Of a stretch of 64,000 bases of DNA, positions 18,296-28,539 are shown piece after piece. Source of the stretch: Acidobacteriota bacterium (GTDB taxonomy: Bacteria > Acidobacteriota > Vicinamibacteria > Vicinamibacterales > CAVVIG01); contig QHWB01000030.1 in NCBI GenBank assembly GCA_003222395.1, positions 304,593 through 368,592 of the forward strand, given 5' to 3'. Within the stretch, counting starts at the first letter, position 1; each line of letters opens with the position of its first letter. The notes beneath the pieces were generated by a model. It was not told where the DNA came from. It searched no databases and saw only the letters and a list, made by a program, of their open reading frames with translations. A program made the position numbers and the translations under genes.

Positions 18296-20739
18296 ATGTC
18301 TGATTACAAGCTGCTCGGTCACAACTACACGACGCCAGATCTGATCGCCAAGGTGACGGGTCGCGCGAAGTACGCCGAAGACTATCGGGCCGACGGCATG
18401 GCGTTCTGCAAGTTGGTCCTGAGCCCGATGCCGCATTGCCGCGTGCGCGGGATCGACGCTCGCGACGCCCTGGCGATGCCGGGCGTGAGGGGCATCCTGA
18501 CTGCCGATGACTTGCCGGCTGCGCCGAGAGATGCCGCATCCGAAGCAGCCACATCGCTTCCACCCGAGGCGGCACTGACGAATGAACCGGTCTACAAGGG
18601 CGAGCCGATCCTCGCCGTTGCGGCAGTCGACGAAGCGACCGCGGCAGCAGCTATCGAGAGGATCGCGCTCGATTTGCAGCCGCTGCCGTTCGTCATCGAT
18701 CCGCTGGCGAGCCTGCGTCCGGACGGACCGAACGCGCGGCGCGAAGGCAATGCTTTTGTCGCCGGAAAGCTGAAGACGGTGAAGTGGACTTCGCACGATT
18801 TCGCCAGCGCAGAAGATGGCGCCCTGCCCACCGGCGAACCCGGAGTCCAGTGGACGTACGGTGACGTCGACGCCGGCTTCGAGCACGCAGATTTCGTTCT
18901 CGACGAGACGTTCCATACGCAGTCGACGAGCCATCAGCCGCTCGAATCGCGCACGGCGATGGCGTACTGGCAGAACGGGAAGCTTCATCTCCACTGCTCC
19001 ACGCAAAGCGTCGTGCGGACCGTCGCCTCGGTTGCGCGGTGGGTTGGCATCCGACCGGAGCAGGTCGTGCTCATCAGCGAATACACGGGCGGCGGCTTCG
19101 GGAGCAAGATTCCCGGGACGCACACCGTGGCCGTGCCGGCACTTCTCGCGAAGAAGATCGGCGCGCCCGTGATGATGCGCATCAGCCGCGAGGAGGAGCA
19201 CTTCATCGGCCGGACGCGGCCGTCGCTGCTGGCGCGCGTCAGGATTGGCTTCCGGAAGGACGGCCGCATCACGGCTGTGGACATGTTCGTCCTGCAGGAT
19301 GCCGGCCCCTACGAGGATCAATACGATCTCGAAGCGGCGCCCGTCATGTGCTCGCTTGCGTACCAGCCGATGGCCATGCGCTTCCGGGGCCTTTCAGTTC
19401 TGACGAACACGCCGCCGCCAACATCGCAGCGATCACCGGGCGGCATGCAGCAGAACGCGATCATGGAGCCGCTGCTCGCCAAAGCGGCACGACGGTTGGG
19501 GATCGATCCGGTGGCGCTGCATCGCGTCAACGCACCGGCCGGCAAGGCATCGCTCGGCGGCCCCGGCAGGGACGGCAAACGCAGCTATGTCACGAGCGCA
19601 TTCGTGCGCGAAGCGATCGATCGCGGAGTCGAGCTCTTCAAGTGGGACGAGCGGCGGGCGCGCAGCGGAAAACGGTCCGGTGTCAAGGTGCGCGGAATCG
19701 GCATCGCGGTCAGCCCCTTCATCGGTGGTTACTCGATTGGGTACGACGGCCTGATGACGATTCGGCCTGATGGAAAGCTGTACGTGCAATCGGGTGCCGG
19801 CAATCTCGGAACGCACTCGGTCATCGACACGGCTCGCGTCGCCGCCGAAGTGCTCGATATGCCGTGGGAGAGCGTGGAGGTCGTCTGGGGCGACACGAGC
19901 AAGAACCTTCCCTGGACCTGCACATCGGACGGCAGCCAGACGATGCACGCGATCTCGCGATCGAATCATGCGGCCGCGATGGATGCCAGGCAGAAGCTGC
20001 TGGAGATCGCCGCCACGGATCTGGGCGGCCCGCCTGACGGCTATCGCGTGGAGGCCGGCCGCGTCTACGACAGCCGGGATCGGTCGAGACATCTCACGTT
20101 CGCACAGGCCGCACGGCGCGCCATCGAGCTCGGCGGCAAATACGACGGGCACGAGCTGCCGTCCAACATCCATGCGACGACCCGCGCGTCCGCGATCGCG
20201 CTTGCTGGCCGCGGCTTGATGGGCGTGGCGAAGGATACGTATCCACACGACGGCGAGACGCACTCGTACGTAGTCGGGTTCGCGGAAGTAGAAGTCGACG
20301 TGGAGACCGGATCCGTGAAGCTGATTGATTACACGGCCGTCGCCGACGTCGGCACCGTCGTGAATCCCCGCAGTCTTGGCGGCCAGATCCTCGGCGGCGG
20401 CTGTCTGGGAATCGGTCACGCGCTCACGCAGAAGACGGTGTACGACCAGCGCTACGGCGTGCCGCTTGCGACGCGGTTTCATTACAACAAGCCGCTGACC
20501 ATCCTGGACGTTCCGGTCGCCATGCAGCACGCGGCGCTCGATATTCCCGATCCGGAAACGCCAGTCGGCGCGCGGGGGGTGGGCGAGCCACCGGTAGGGG
20601 CCGGCTTTGGCGCCGTGCTCGCCGCCATCGCGGACGCCGTTGGCGGCGACGTGTTCCGTCGAAGCCCCGTGACGCCCGATATCATTCTGGCTTCTCTCGA
20701 GGCCGGTCATCGAGCGCACGATGCGCTGATCGCCTACAT

Positions 20740-20743
<4 letters not shown>
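18296..20743 (+). CDS. Xanthine dehydrogenase / aldehyde oxidase family molybdopterin-binding subunit (CoxL-like large subunit)
   Basis: 815 aa. N-terminal a/b-hammerhead region (LLGHNYTTPDLIAKVTGRAKYAEDY...GVRGILTADDL), and a C-terminal region with GVGEPPVGAGFGAVLAAIADAVG typical of the family. SD GGAGGGA lies upstream. Confidence 0.9.
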
Positions 20744-21693
<950 letters not shown>

Positions 21694-21704
21694 CAATCGA
21701 TCCG

Positions 21705-22811
21705 ATGGATCCCACGCTGGTTTACGTCGGCACCTATACGGGAACGAAGAGTCAAGGGATCTATCTGTTCAGACTGCAGGCCGAGAACCCCGCGGTCTCG
21801 CAGAACATCAGGCTCGTCCCGCTTGGATTGGCGGCGGCGTCGCCGAATCCTTCCTTCCTCGAGATCGATGTGAAGCGGCGGCTGCTGTTCGCGGTCAACG
21901 AGATGGACCAGTTCGAGGGCAAGGCGACCGGCGCTGTCAGCGCTTTCTCAATCGACAAGGCGAAGGGGACGCTCACGCTCGTCAATCAGCGTCCGTCGAT
22001 GGGCACCGGTCCGTGCCACCTGGTTCTCGACAAGAGCGGCCGGCACCTGCTGATCGCGAACTACGGCAGCGGCAGCGTGTCGGTGCTTCCGGTTTCCGCC
22101 GACGGAAGGCTCGGCGTGGCGAGTCACGTCGTGCAACACACCGGCAGCAGCGTGAACCCGGATCGCCAGAAAGGTCCGCACGCGCACTGCGTGACGATCG
22201 ATCGCGCGAACCGCTTCGTGTTCGTGTGCGACCTCGGACTGGACAAAGTGCTCGCGTACCGATTCGACGCGCAGCGCGGGAGGCTCACGCCCCACGATCC
22301 GCCGTTCGCGCAGGTGAAACCGGGCGCCGGACCGCGTCATATGGTCTTTCGGCCCGACGGTCGCTTCGCCTACGTCATCAACGAGCTGACCTCCACGGTG
22401 ACGGCCTTCCGGTACGACGCGAACGCCGGCGCGCTGCACGAAGTGCAGACGGTTTCGACGCTGCCCGAACATTTCGATGGCGCGAATACGGGCGCTGAAG
22501 TGGACGTGCATCCGTCCGGCAAGTGGCTGTACGCGTCGAACCGCGGTCACAACAGCGTCGTGCTGTTCGACGTCGATTCGGATACCGGGACGCTGACCTA
22601 CGTCGAGGAGCAGGGAACGGGCGGATTCAAGCCGCGTCACTTCGGGATCGAACCCGCCGCAACATATCTCGCGGTCGGCAACCAGGATTCCGACACGATC
22701 CTCGTCGCGCGAATCGACGCCGGAAACGGCCGATTGAAACCGTCGGGCGTCTTCGCGAACGCGCCGTCGCCCGTGTGCGTGAAGTTCCTGCCGCCGACGT
22801 CATCGATGTAA
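21705..22811 (+). CDS. Lactonase family protein (7-bladed beta-propeller, 6-phosphogluconolactonase-like)
   Basis: Internal ATG 21705 of listed ORF 21561..22811, giving MDPTLVYVGTYTG. Repeated blade motifs: GPCHLVLDKSGRHLLIANYGSGSVSVLPV, GPHAHCVTIDRANRFVFVCDLGLDKVLAYRFD and GAGPRHMVFRPDGRFAYVINELTSTVTAFRYD. Confidence 0.85.
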   Translation: MDPTLVYVGTYTGTKSQGIYLFRLQAENPAVSQNIRLVPLGLAAASPNPSFLEIDVKRRLLFAVNEMDQFEGKATGAVSAFSIDKAKGTLTLVNQRPSMGTGPCHLVLDKSGRHLLIANYGSGSVSVLPVSADGRLGVASHVVQHTGSSVNPDRQKGPHAHCVTIDRANRFVFVCDLGLDKVLAYRFDAQRGRLTPHDPPFAQVKPGAGPRHMVFRPDGRFAYVINELTSTVTAFRYDANAGALHEVQTVSTLPEHFDGANTGAEVDVHPSGKWLYASNRGHNSVVLFDVDSDTGTLTYVEEQGTGGFKPRHFGIEPAATYLAVGNQDSDTILVARIDAGNGRLKPSGVFANAPSPVCVKFLPPTSSM

Positions 22812-22903
22812 CGCGAAGGCGTTAGTAGATGTAGCGCGAAGGCGTTAGTAGATGTAGCGCGAAGGCGTTAGTAGATGTAGCGCGAAGGCTTTAGCCGAGC
22901 GAG
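22808..22903. repeat. Tandem array of a 23-bp unit GTAGCGCGAAGGCGTTAGTAGAT (3 full copies) ending in a REP-like copy GTAGCGCGAAGGCTTTAGCCGAGCGAGG
   Basis: Read directly. Units lie at 22808-22830 (GTAA variant containing the lactonase stop codon), 22831-22853 and 22854-22876. The terminal copy at 22877-22904 matches the REP-like motif at 40715-40743. Confidence 0.9.
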
Positions 22904-24145
22904 GTGAACATGATCTCCAGGCGCACCGTGCTCCGCGCTGGCGGCGTCGCCATGGCGCTGCCATGGCTCGAGTCGCTGCCGGTCGCGGCGGCGGTCAGGT
23001 CCGATCGATCGAGCGGATTTCCGAAGCGGTTTGCCGTGCTGTTCACGGGCAACGGCATCAACGGCAATCACTGGTGGGCGCGCGGCAACGGCGCCGAAAT
23101 GACGTTGAGCCGATCGCTTCAGCCACTTCACACCCTGAAGCTGAAGATCAACGTGATCAACGGCCTGTTCAACAAACCGGCCGTCGGAATGGGCATCCAT
23201 CCCGCGCAGACCGGCAATCTCCTGTCCGGCGTGCCCCTCCAGCCAGGGCCGATCGTGCGATCGGGGATCACCGCAGACCAGGTGCTCGCGAACCGAATGG
23301 GTCACGAGACGCCGCAGGCGAGCCTCGTGCTGGCGTGCGAGCCGCCGATGACCGGGTATCACGAGACGGACTTCTCGATGGCGTACAGCTCGCACATCTC
23401 GTGGCGGAGCGACGGTTCGCCCGTGCCGAGCGAGTTGTCGCCGTCGAGCGCGTTCGACCGCGTGTTCGAGAATCGCGGGAGCCTCCGGCATCAGAGCATC
23501 CTGGATCGCGTGAAAGATCGCGCCGCGCGTGTCGGCCGAATGGTGAGCGCGTCCGACAGGGAAAGACTTGACGGATATCTGACGAGCGTGCGGGAGGTCG
23601 AGACGCGCGTCGATCGCGTGCGGAACGGCGCGCCGAATGAGGTTCGCGAACACGCACGATTGATGTGCGACGTCATCGCGCTCGGCTTCCAGAGCGACAG
23701 GACGCGGGTCGCCTCGCTGCTGCTCGCGCGCGATCTGTCGTCGCTCTCCTATCCGTTCCTCGAGATGCGCGGCGATCACCATTCGGCGTCGCACGACGAT
23801 CTGTCGGACGGCTACGAGCGCATCTCGCGCTTCCATCTGAGTCAGCTCGCGTACCTCGCCGAAAGGCTGGACGCGATGCCCGAAGGCGACGGCACGGTGC
23901 TCGACAACTGCTGCCTGCTGTGGCTCTCGAACATGTGGTCCGGGTGGAAGCACGACAACATGAAGCTGCCGGTCGTGACGGCGGGTGGCCTCGGCGGCAC
24001 GCTCGAGACCGGGCGCTCGCTCGAATATCTCTACGCCGGCGACGACAACCGCCGGCTGTGCAGCCTGTATCTCTCGATCATGGACAGGATGGGCGTGACG
24101 CTCGATCGCTTCGGTGATGCCGATCGGCGGCTCGAGGGCTTTTGA
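22904..24145 (+). CDS. DUF1552 domain-containing protein (Tat signal)
   Basis: The N-terminus M(N)MISRRTVLRAGGVAMALPWLESL is the family-typical Tat/leader region. 413 aa. ATG 22910 (GAGG 5 nt upstream) may be the true start. No DUF1592-type partner gene is adjacent. Confidence 0.8.
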   Translation: MNMISRRTVLRAGGVAMALPWLESLPVAAAVRSDRSSGFPKRFAVLFTGNGINGNHWWARGNGAEMTLSRSLQPLHTLKLKINVINGLFNKPAVGMGIHPAQTGNLLSGVPLQPGPIVRSGITADQVLANRMGHETPQASLVLACEPPMTGYHETDFSMAYSSHISWRSDGSPVPSELSPSSAFDRVFENRGSLRHQSILDRVKDRAARVGRMVSASDRERLDGYLTSVREVETRVDRVRNGAPNEVREHARLMCDVIALGFQSDRTRVASLLLARDLSSLSYPFLEMRGDHHSASHDDLSDGYERISRFHLSQLAYLAERLDAMPEGDGTVLDNCCLLWLSNMWSGWKHDNMKLPVVTAGGLGGTLETGRSLEYLYAGDDNRRLCSLYLSIMDRMGVTLDRFGDADRRLEGF

Positions 24146-24168
24146 TCTCGAAATACTAGAAAACGATC

Positions 24169-24897
24169 TCAGCGACCGGCGAACAGCAGGTCGCCGAACC
24201 GCTCGTACTCGTGGAAGCTCTTCTCCACGTGCGCCCACTCCCACTGCGCACGTCTTCCCTCGTCGTAGTCCATGCGGTAGACGTTGGCACGCCACCTCGT
24301 GCCCGGCTTCGGCGGAACGTTCTGCAGCGGCCGCAGCAGCGCGTACGGAATGAAGAACTCGGCTCGCCAGCCCTGAATCGCCGCGTGCGGCTGTTTCGGT
24401 CCTCCGACGGTGCCGGTGGCTTTCCGCGTCAGACGATCGCGCTCGTAGTGCCACGGCCGCCAGCCGAGGAACTGGCCGCCGAAATTCGGGATGAGGATCG
24501 GGAGCTCGCGATTGAGCGGCGAGATCTCGTACTCCAAGTACATGGGGTAACGCTCGTCGGTCCAGAGAAAGACTTCGAACACATCCTCGTTCCACAGATC
24601 CATGAAGTCTTCGTTCATGGTCGCCGTAAGCGTGCGGTCCGTTGCGTCGATCAGAAAATACAAGCCGGTACTCGAGTACAAAGTCTTGAATCGAGTGTCG
24701 TACGGATGACCATCAGGTTCGCGGCGGCGCAGCGTTACCCAGTCGGCCTGCCGCCACGCCGCATGATCACCGGCGCCCGTGACTGCGAAATCGTCGGTGG
24801 GCTTCACCGACAACCGCGGCCGCTCGTCGCGTTGCGCGCGCACGCCGGGTTGCAGGCACATCGTCAGCACGGTCAGCGCCAGGACAGCTCGCTTCAT
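24169..24897 (-). CDS. Exported carbohydrate-binding family 9 (CBM9/DOMON-like) protein
   Basis: Internal ATG 24897 of listed ORF 24169..25383, giving MKRAVLALTVLTMCLQPGVRAQ (signal peptide). Motifs LWNEDVFEVFL and YLEYEISPLN fit CBM9-like domains (from memory). There is a 4-nt ATGA overlap with the upstream amidohydrolase gene. Confidence 0.6.
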   Translation of the reverse strand: MKRAVLALTVLTMCLQPGVRAQRDERPRLSVKPTDDFAVTGAGDHAAWRQADWVTLRRREPDGHPYDTRFKTLYSSTGLYFLIDATDRTLTATMNEDFMDLWNEDVFEVFLWTDERYPMYLEYEISPLNRELPILIPNFGGQFLGWRPWHYERDRLTRKATGTVGGPKQPHAAIQGWRAEFFIPYALLRPLQNVPPKPGTRWRANVYRMDYDEGRRAQWEWAHVEKSFHEYERFGDLLFAGR

Positions 24898-26171
24898 CGA
24901 ACCCAGCGCCCCGCGCGCATGACCCTGCTGATTCTGATCGTGTTGTTGATGTCCGCAATCGGATCGGCGTCCAGCAGCAGCAGGTCTGCCGCCTTGCCGG
25001 CGCGAATCGATCCGTAGTCCGGATCCTCGGAGCGCGCGATCACCCGCGCGGCATCGAGCGTCGCGGCGCGAATCGCGGCCAGCGGCGCCATCCCGGCCTC
25101 GACGAACATCTGCAGCTCCCGGTGCGTCGCATGGCCGAACGGCGTCACCTGGGACGCCTCGGCGCCGCAGTCGGTACCCGTGACGATGCGGACGCCCGCG
25201 TCCGACATCGCCTTGATGAACGGGTACGTCTGCTCGCGCATTCTCGCTTTGCGCCGTGCGAGGTCGGACGACAGCGTCTCGTCTCTTCTGCGTGAATCGG
25301 CCAGCATCTGACGGCCGCGCGGATACAACGCGTCCTGCAGCGTCGGCATGCCGAGGATGTCGGGATGCTCGTAGTAGAACCACGGCGATTCCATGTTCGC
25401 GAGCGTCGGCGCAAACGTCAGCTTGCGGGACTTCGCGTACGCCACGAGATCGGGCGTCACCGGCTGATCGCGCGGGTTGTGAAGAAAATCGGTGACGCCG
25501 AGCTCCGCGAGCTGATGCAGGCTCGCGACGTCGGTGACGTGCGCGACGACCGGGATAGCCTGCTTGCTCGCTTCATCGACGATCGCCGCAATGACGTCGG
25601 GTGAAAACTTTGGATTCGTCATCCAGATCTTGAGGAAATCGACGCCCTGCGCTTTCAGGCTCCTCACGTTCGCGCGCGCCTCGTCTGCAGTCGCCGGGTT
25701 GAAGACCGGCGCGCCGGGATACGGGCCGTTCACGCTGAAACCTTGTCCGGCCGTGTATGCGCGCGGCGCGAGGAACGCGCCTCTCCGCGTCTCCCTGAAA
25801 AGCGGCACCGTCTCCGGCTTGTCGTTCCCCGCCGACCGCATCGTCGTCACACCCCATCGGAGCTGCGCGAGCCAATATCGCTTCATGTCGTCGGGCGGCT
25901 GGTTGATGTGGCAGTGCACATCGACGAGCCCCGGCAACAGAAACTTGCCTTTGGCGTCGACGAGGGTCGCGTCGCCTGGAATCCTGACGGCACCACGCCG
26001 TCCTGCCGCTTGAATGCGGTCGCCCTCGACAACGGCGATGGAATCTTCCACGGGGACCGTTCCAGTGCCGTCGACGAGGCGGGCACCCACAATCGCGATC
26101 GGATTCTGCGCGGACGCGAGACTGGCGTGCAGGAACGCAGCCAGGGCGAAGAAACGGACGTATCGCCTCAT
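24894..26171 (-). CDS. Exported amidohydrolase-family metallohydrolase
   Basis: MRRYVRFFALAAFLHASLASAQ signal (ATG 26171 preferred to GTG 26219). N-terminal IVGARLVDGTG...GLVDVHCHIN carries the HxH metal motif. About 425 aa. Confidence 0.85.
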   Translation of the reverse strand: MRRYVRFFALAAFLHASLASAQNPIAIVGARLVDGTGTVPVEDSIAVVEGDRIQAAGRRGAVRIPGDATLVDAKGKFLLPGLVDVHCHINQPPDDMKRYWLAQLRWGVTTMRSAGNDKPETVPLFRETRRGAFLAPRAYTAGQGFSVNGPYPGAPVFNPATADEARANVRSLKAQGVDFLKIWMTNPKFSPDVIAAIVDEASKQAIPVVAHVTDVASLHQLAELGVTDFLHNPRDQPVTPDLVAYAKSRKLTFAPTLANMESPWFYYEHPDILGMPTLQDALYPRGRQMLADSRRRDETLSSDLARRKARMREQTYPFIKAMSDAGVRIVTGTDCGAEASQVTPFGHATHRELQMFVEAGMAPLAAIRAATLDAARVIARSEDPDYGSIRAGKAADLLLLDADPIADINNTIRISRVMRAGRWVR

Positions 26172-26226
26172 CAGTCCAACGGCATGGTACGCGAAGAACG
26201 GTGCGGCGTTACAATCCACGAGCTGA

Positions 26227-26284
26227 ATCGGGTAATCGGGTAATTGGGTAATTGGGTAATTACCCGATTATCCAATCACCCGAT
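26227..26284. repeat. Octamer array: 4 direct GGGTAAT[C/T] followed by 3 inverted copies, centred on the perfect palindrome GGGTAATTACCC
   Basis: Read directly. Direct octamers lie at 26230-26261 and inverted ones (AATTACCC, GATTATCC, AATCACCC) at 26258-26281, flanked by ATC...GAT. The element is an AT-rich island in a divergent promoter region and ends 1 nt before the SD GGGAG. Confidence 0.9.
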
Positions 26285-26295
26285 GGGAGTCGCGC

Positions 26296-27498
26296 ATGTG
26301 GAGTCGAAGGCGCTTTCTTGAAATCGTTTCGGGACTGCCGCTGGTCGGAGGCTTCGTCGAAGCGAACGCCGTGACGGCAACGGCCGCGCCGGGAAGCGGC
26401 CGCGATTATTTTCGCGAGCTCGGCGTGCGTCCCTTCATCAACGCCGCGGGGACCTACACGGCGATGACCGCCTCGCTGATGCCGCCTGAAGTGATCGAGG
26501 CGATCACGTACGCTTCCAGACACTACGTGATGCTCGACGAGCTCCACGACCGCGTCGGCGCGCGCATCGCGACGCTCCTCCGCTGTGAAGGCGCGATGGT
26601 GACGTCGGGCGCCGCTTCTGCGCTGACGCTCGGAACGGCAGCCGTGCTCACCGGGGTGGATCCGCGCAAGGTCGTCGACCTGCCCAACCTCGCCGGCATG
26701 AAGAGCGAGGTCATCATCCAGAAATCGCATCGCTTCGGCTACGACCATGCCGTCCGCAATTGCGGAGTGCGGCTCGTGGAAGTGGAGACGCGGGAAGAGA
26801 TGGAGCGGGCGATCAATCCGCAGACCGCGATGATGCTCTTCTACAACAACAACAACACGGAAGGACGGATCCGCGACGAAGAGTTCGTCCAGATCGGGAA
26901 GCAACACGGCGTTCCGACTCTGAACGATGCTGCCGCCGACGTACCGCCGGTCGACAATCTGTGGAAGTACACGAAGATGGGTTTCGACCTCGTGGCCTTT
27001 TCCGGCGGCAAGGGACTCCGAGGTCCTCAGAGCGCCGGCCTGCTGCTCGGCCGAAAGGATCTCATCGCGGCCGCCCGCCTGAACGCACCGCCGAACGGGA
27101 ACAGCGTCGGACGCGGCATGAAAGTCAACAAGGAAGAGATGGTGGGCATGCTCGCGGCGCTGGAGCTGTATCTCGCGAAGGATCACGCGGCGGAACAGCG
27201 TGAGTTCGAAGCACGCGCCGAAGCGATTCGCAGCGGCGTCGCAGCCGTGCCGGGCATCAAAGCCGAGATCTTCGTGCCCGAGGTCGCCAACCACGTGCCT
27301 CACGTGCGGATCTCGTGGGACGGCGCGGCGAAAGGGATGACCGCGGCCGATGCCGTCGACAAGCTGCGGGCCGGAGAGCCTTCAATCGGAACCCGATCCG
27401 AGGGCGATGCCGTCGTGATCGGCGTCTGGATGATGCGGCCCGGCGAGGAGAAGATCGTCGCGCGGCGTCTGCGTGAAGTCCTGACCGCTCGAGGATAG
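26296..27498 (+). CDS. Tat-exported SelA/DgaE-like PLP-dependent enzyme (class V-fold)
   Basis: Canonical twin-arginine leader MWSRRRFLEIVSGLPLVGG. PLP-lysine region FSGGKGLRGPQSAGLLLGRKDLI matches the SelA / D-glucosaminate-6-P ammonia-lyase pattern FSGDK..GGPQ.G. 400 aa. Confidence 0.8.
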   Translation: MWSRRRFLEIVSGLPLVGGFVEANAVTATAAPGSGRDYFRELGVRPFINAAGTYTAMTASLMPPEVIEAITYASRHYVMLDELHDRVGARIATLLRCEGAMVTSGAASALTLGTAAVLTGVDPRKVVDLPNLAGMKSEVIIQKSHRFGYDHAVRNCGVRLVEVETREEMERAINPQTAMMLFYNNNNTEGRIRDEEFVQIGKQHGVPTLNDAAADVPPVDNLWKYTKMGFDLVAFSGGKGLRGPQSAGLLLGRKDLIAAARLNAPPNGNSVGRGMKVNKEEMVGMLAALELYLAKDHAAEQREFEARAEAIRSGVAAVPGIKAEIFVPEVANHVPHVRISWDGAAKGMTAADAVDKLRAGEPSIGTRSEGDAVVIGVWMMRPGEEKIVARRLREVLTARG

Positions 27499-27501
27499 CC
27501 G

Positions 27502-28539
27502 TTGGCATCGGTCGGCGCGACGGCCCGCTGCGCGTCGGCGTTCGTTGCCTTGTCGCTCGCGACCGTCACGACTGGGCCGCACCGCGCGGCAGCGATCGAG
27601 CCCGAGCATCTCTTCCATCACGAGGCGAGCCGCATCTCGATGGCATGCGAGTACGCCATCGAGGCGTACGGTCCCGATGCGGACGCATTGCCGCGCATCG
27701 TCGATGAAGGGTTCGACGAGGTGGACCGCATCGACCGGCTGATGAGTCACTACAAATCCGACAGCCCGCTGTCGCGCGTCAACCGTGAGGCTGCACAGCA
27801 TCCAGTCGCCGTCGATCCGGAGCTCTTCGACTTCATCGCCGACGCGATGCGATATCAGCACGAGTCCAGCGGCGCCTTCGACATCACGGTCGGCCCCCTG
27901 ATGAAGGCGTGGGGCTTCTTCCGCGGCGACGGCCGCGTGCCGTCCGACGACGAGCTCGCCGCCGCGCGGCGTCTGGTTGGCGGCGCCCACGTGATCCTGA
28001 ATCCGACGTCACGGACGATCGGATTCGATCGGTCCGGCGTGGAGCTCGATCTCGGAGGCATCGCCAAAGGTTACGCCGTCGATCGCGTCGCCGGATTGTT
28101 CAAGCGGCGACGGATCACGGCCGCTCTCATCAGCGCCGGAGGCAGCACCATCTACGCGATCGGCGCGCCGCCAGGGCGTGACGGATGGACAGTCGCGATC
28201 CAGGATCCGATCGACTCGCGGAAGATCGCGTTGACCATCGAATTGAAGGACCGCGCGGTCTCGGTTGCGGGCAGCTCCGAGAAATCGTTCGAAGCTGGCG
28301 GCGTGACCTATTCACACATCATGGATCCGCGCACCGGCACGCCGGCGCAAGGTGTGCTGAGCGTGGTCGTGCTCGCGAGCAGTGGAACCGAGGGCGATGC
28401 GCTCGACGACGCGTTCTTCGTGCTCGGCCCCGAGCGCAGCCGAAACTATTTGAATCGCCTTCGCGCGACCGAAGTGTTTTTCTTCGTGCCGGTTCGATCA
28501 ACGGGCGGCTTCGAGATCGATCACCGCATAAGTCGTTAG
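27502..28539 (+). CDS. apbE: FAD:protein FMN transferase (ApbE family)
   Basis: Motifs SGAFDITVGPLMKAWGF, DLGGIAKGYAVD and YSHIMDPRTG. The TTG start lies 3 nt after the SelA-like stop. Confidence 0.85.
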   Translation: MASVGATARCASAFVALSLATVTTGPHRAAAIEPEHLFHHEASRISMACEYAIEAYGPDADALPRIVDEGFDEVDRIDRLMSHYKSDSPLSRVNREAAQHPVAVDPELFDFIADAMRYQHESSGAFDITVGPLMKAWGFFRGDGRVPSDDELAAARRLVGGAHVILNPTSRTIGFDRSGVELDLGGIAKGYAVDRVAGLFKRRRITAALISAGGSTIYAIGAPPGRDGWTVAIQDPIDSRKIALTIELKDRAVSVAGSSEKSFEAGGVTYSHIMDPRTGTPAQGVLSVVVLASSGTEGDALDDAFFVLGPERSRNYLNRLRATEVFFFVPVRSTGGFEIDHRISR

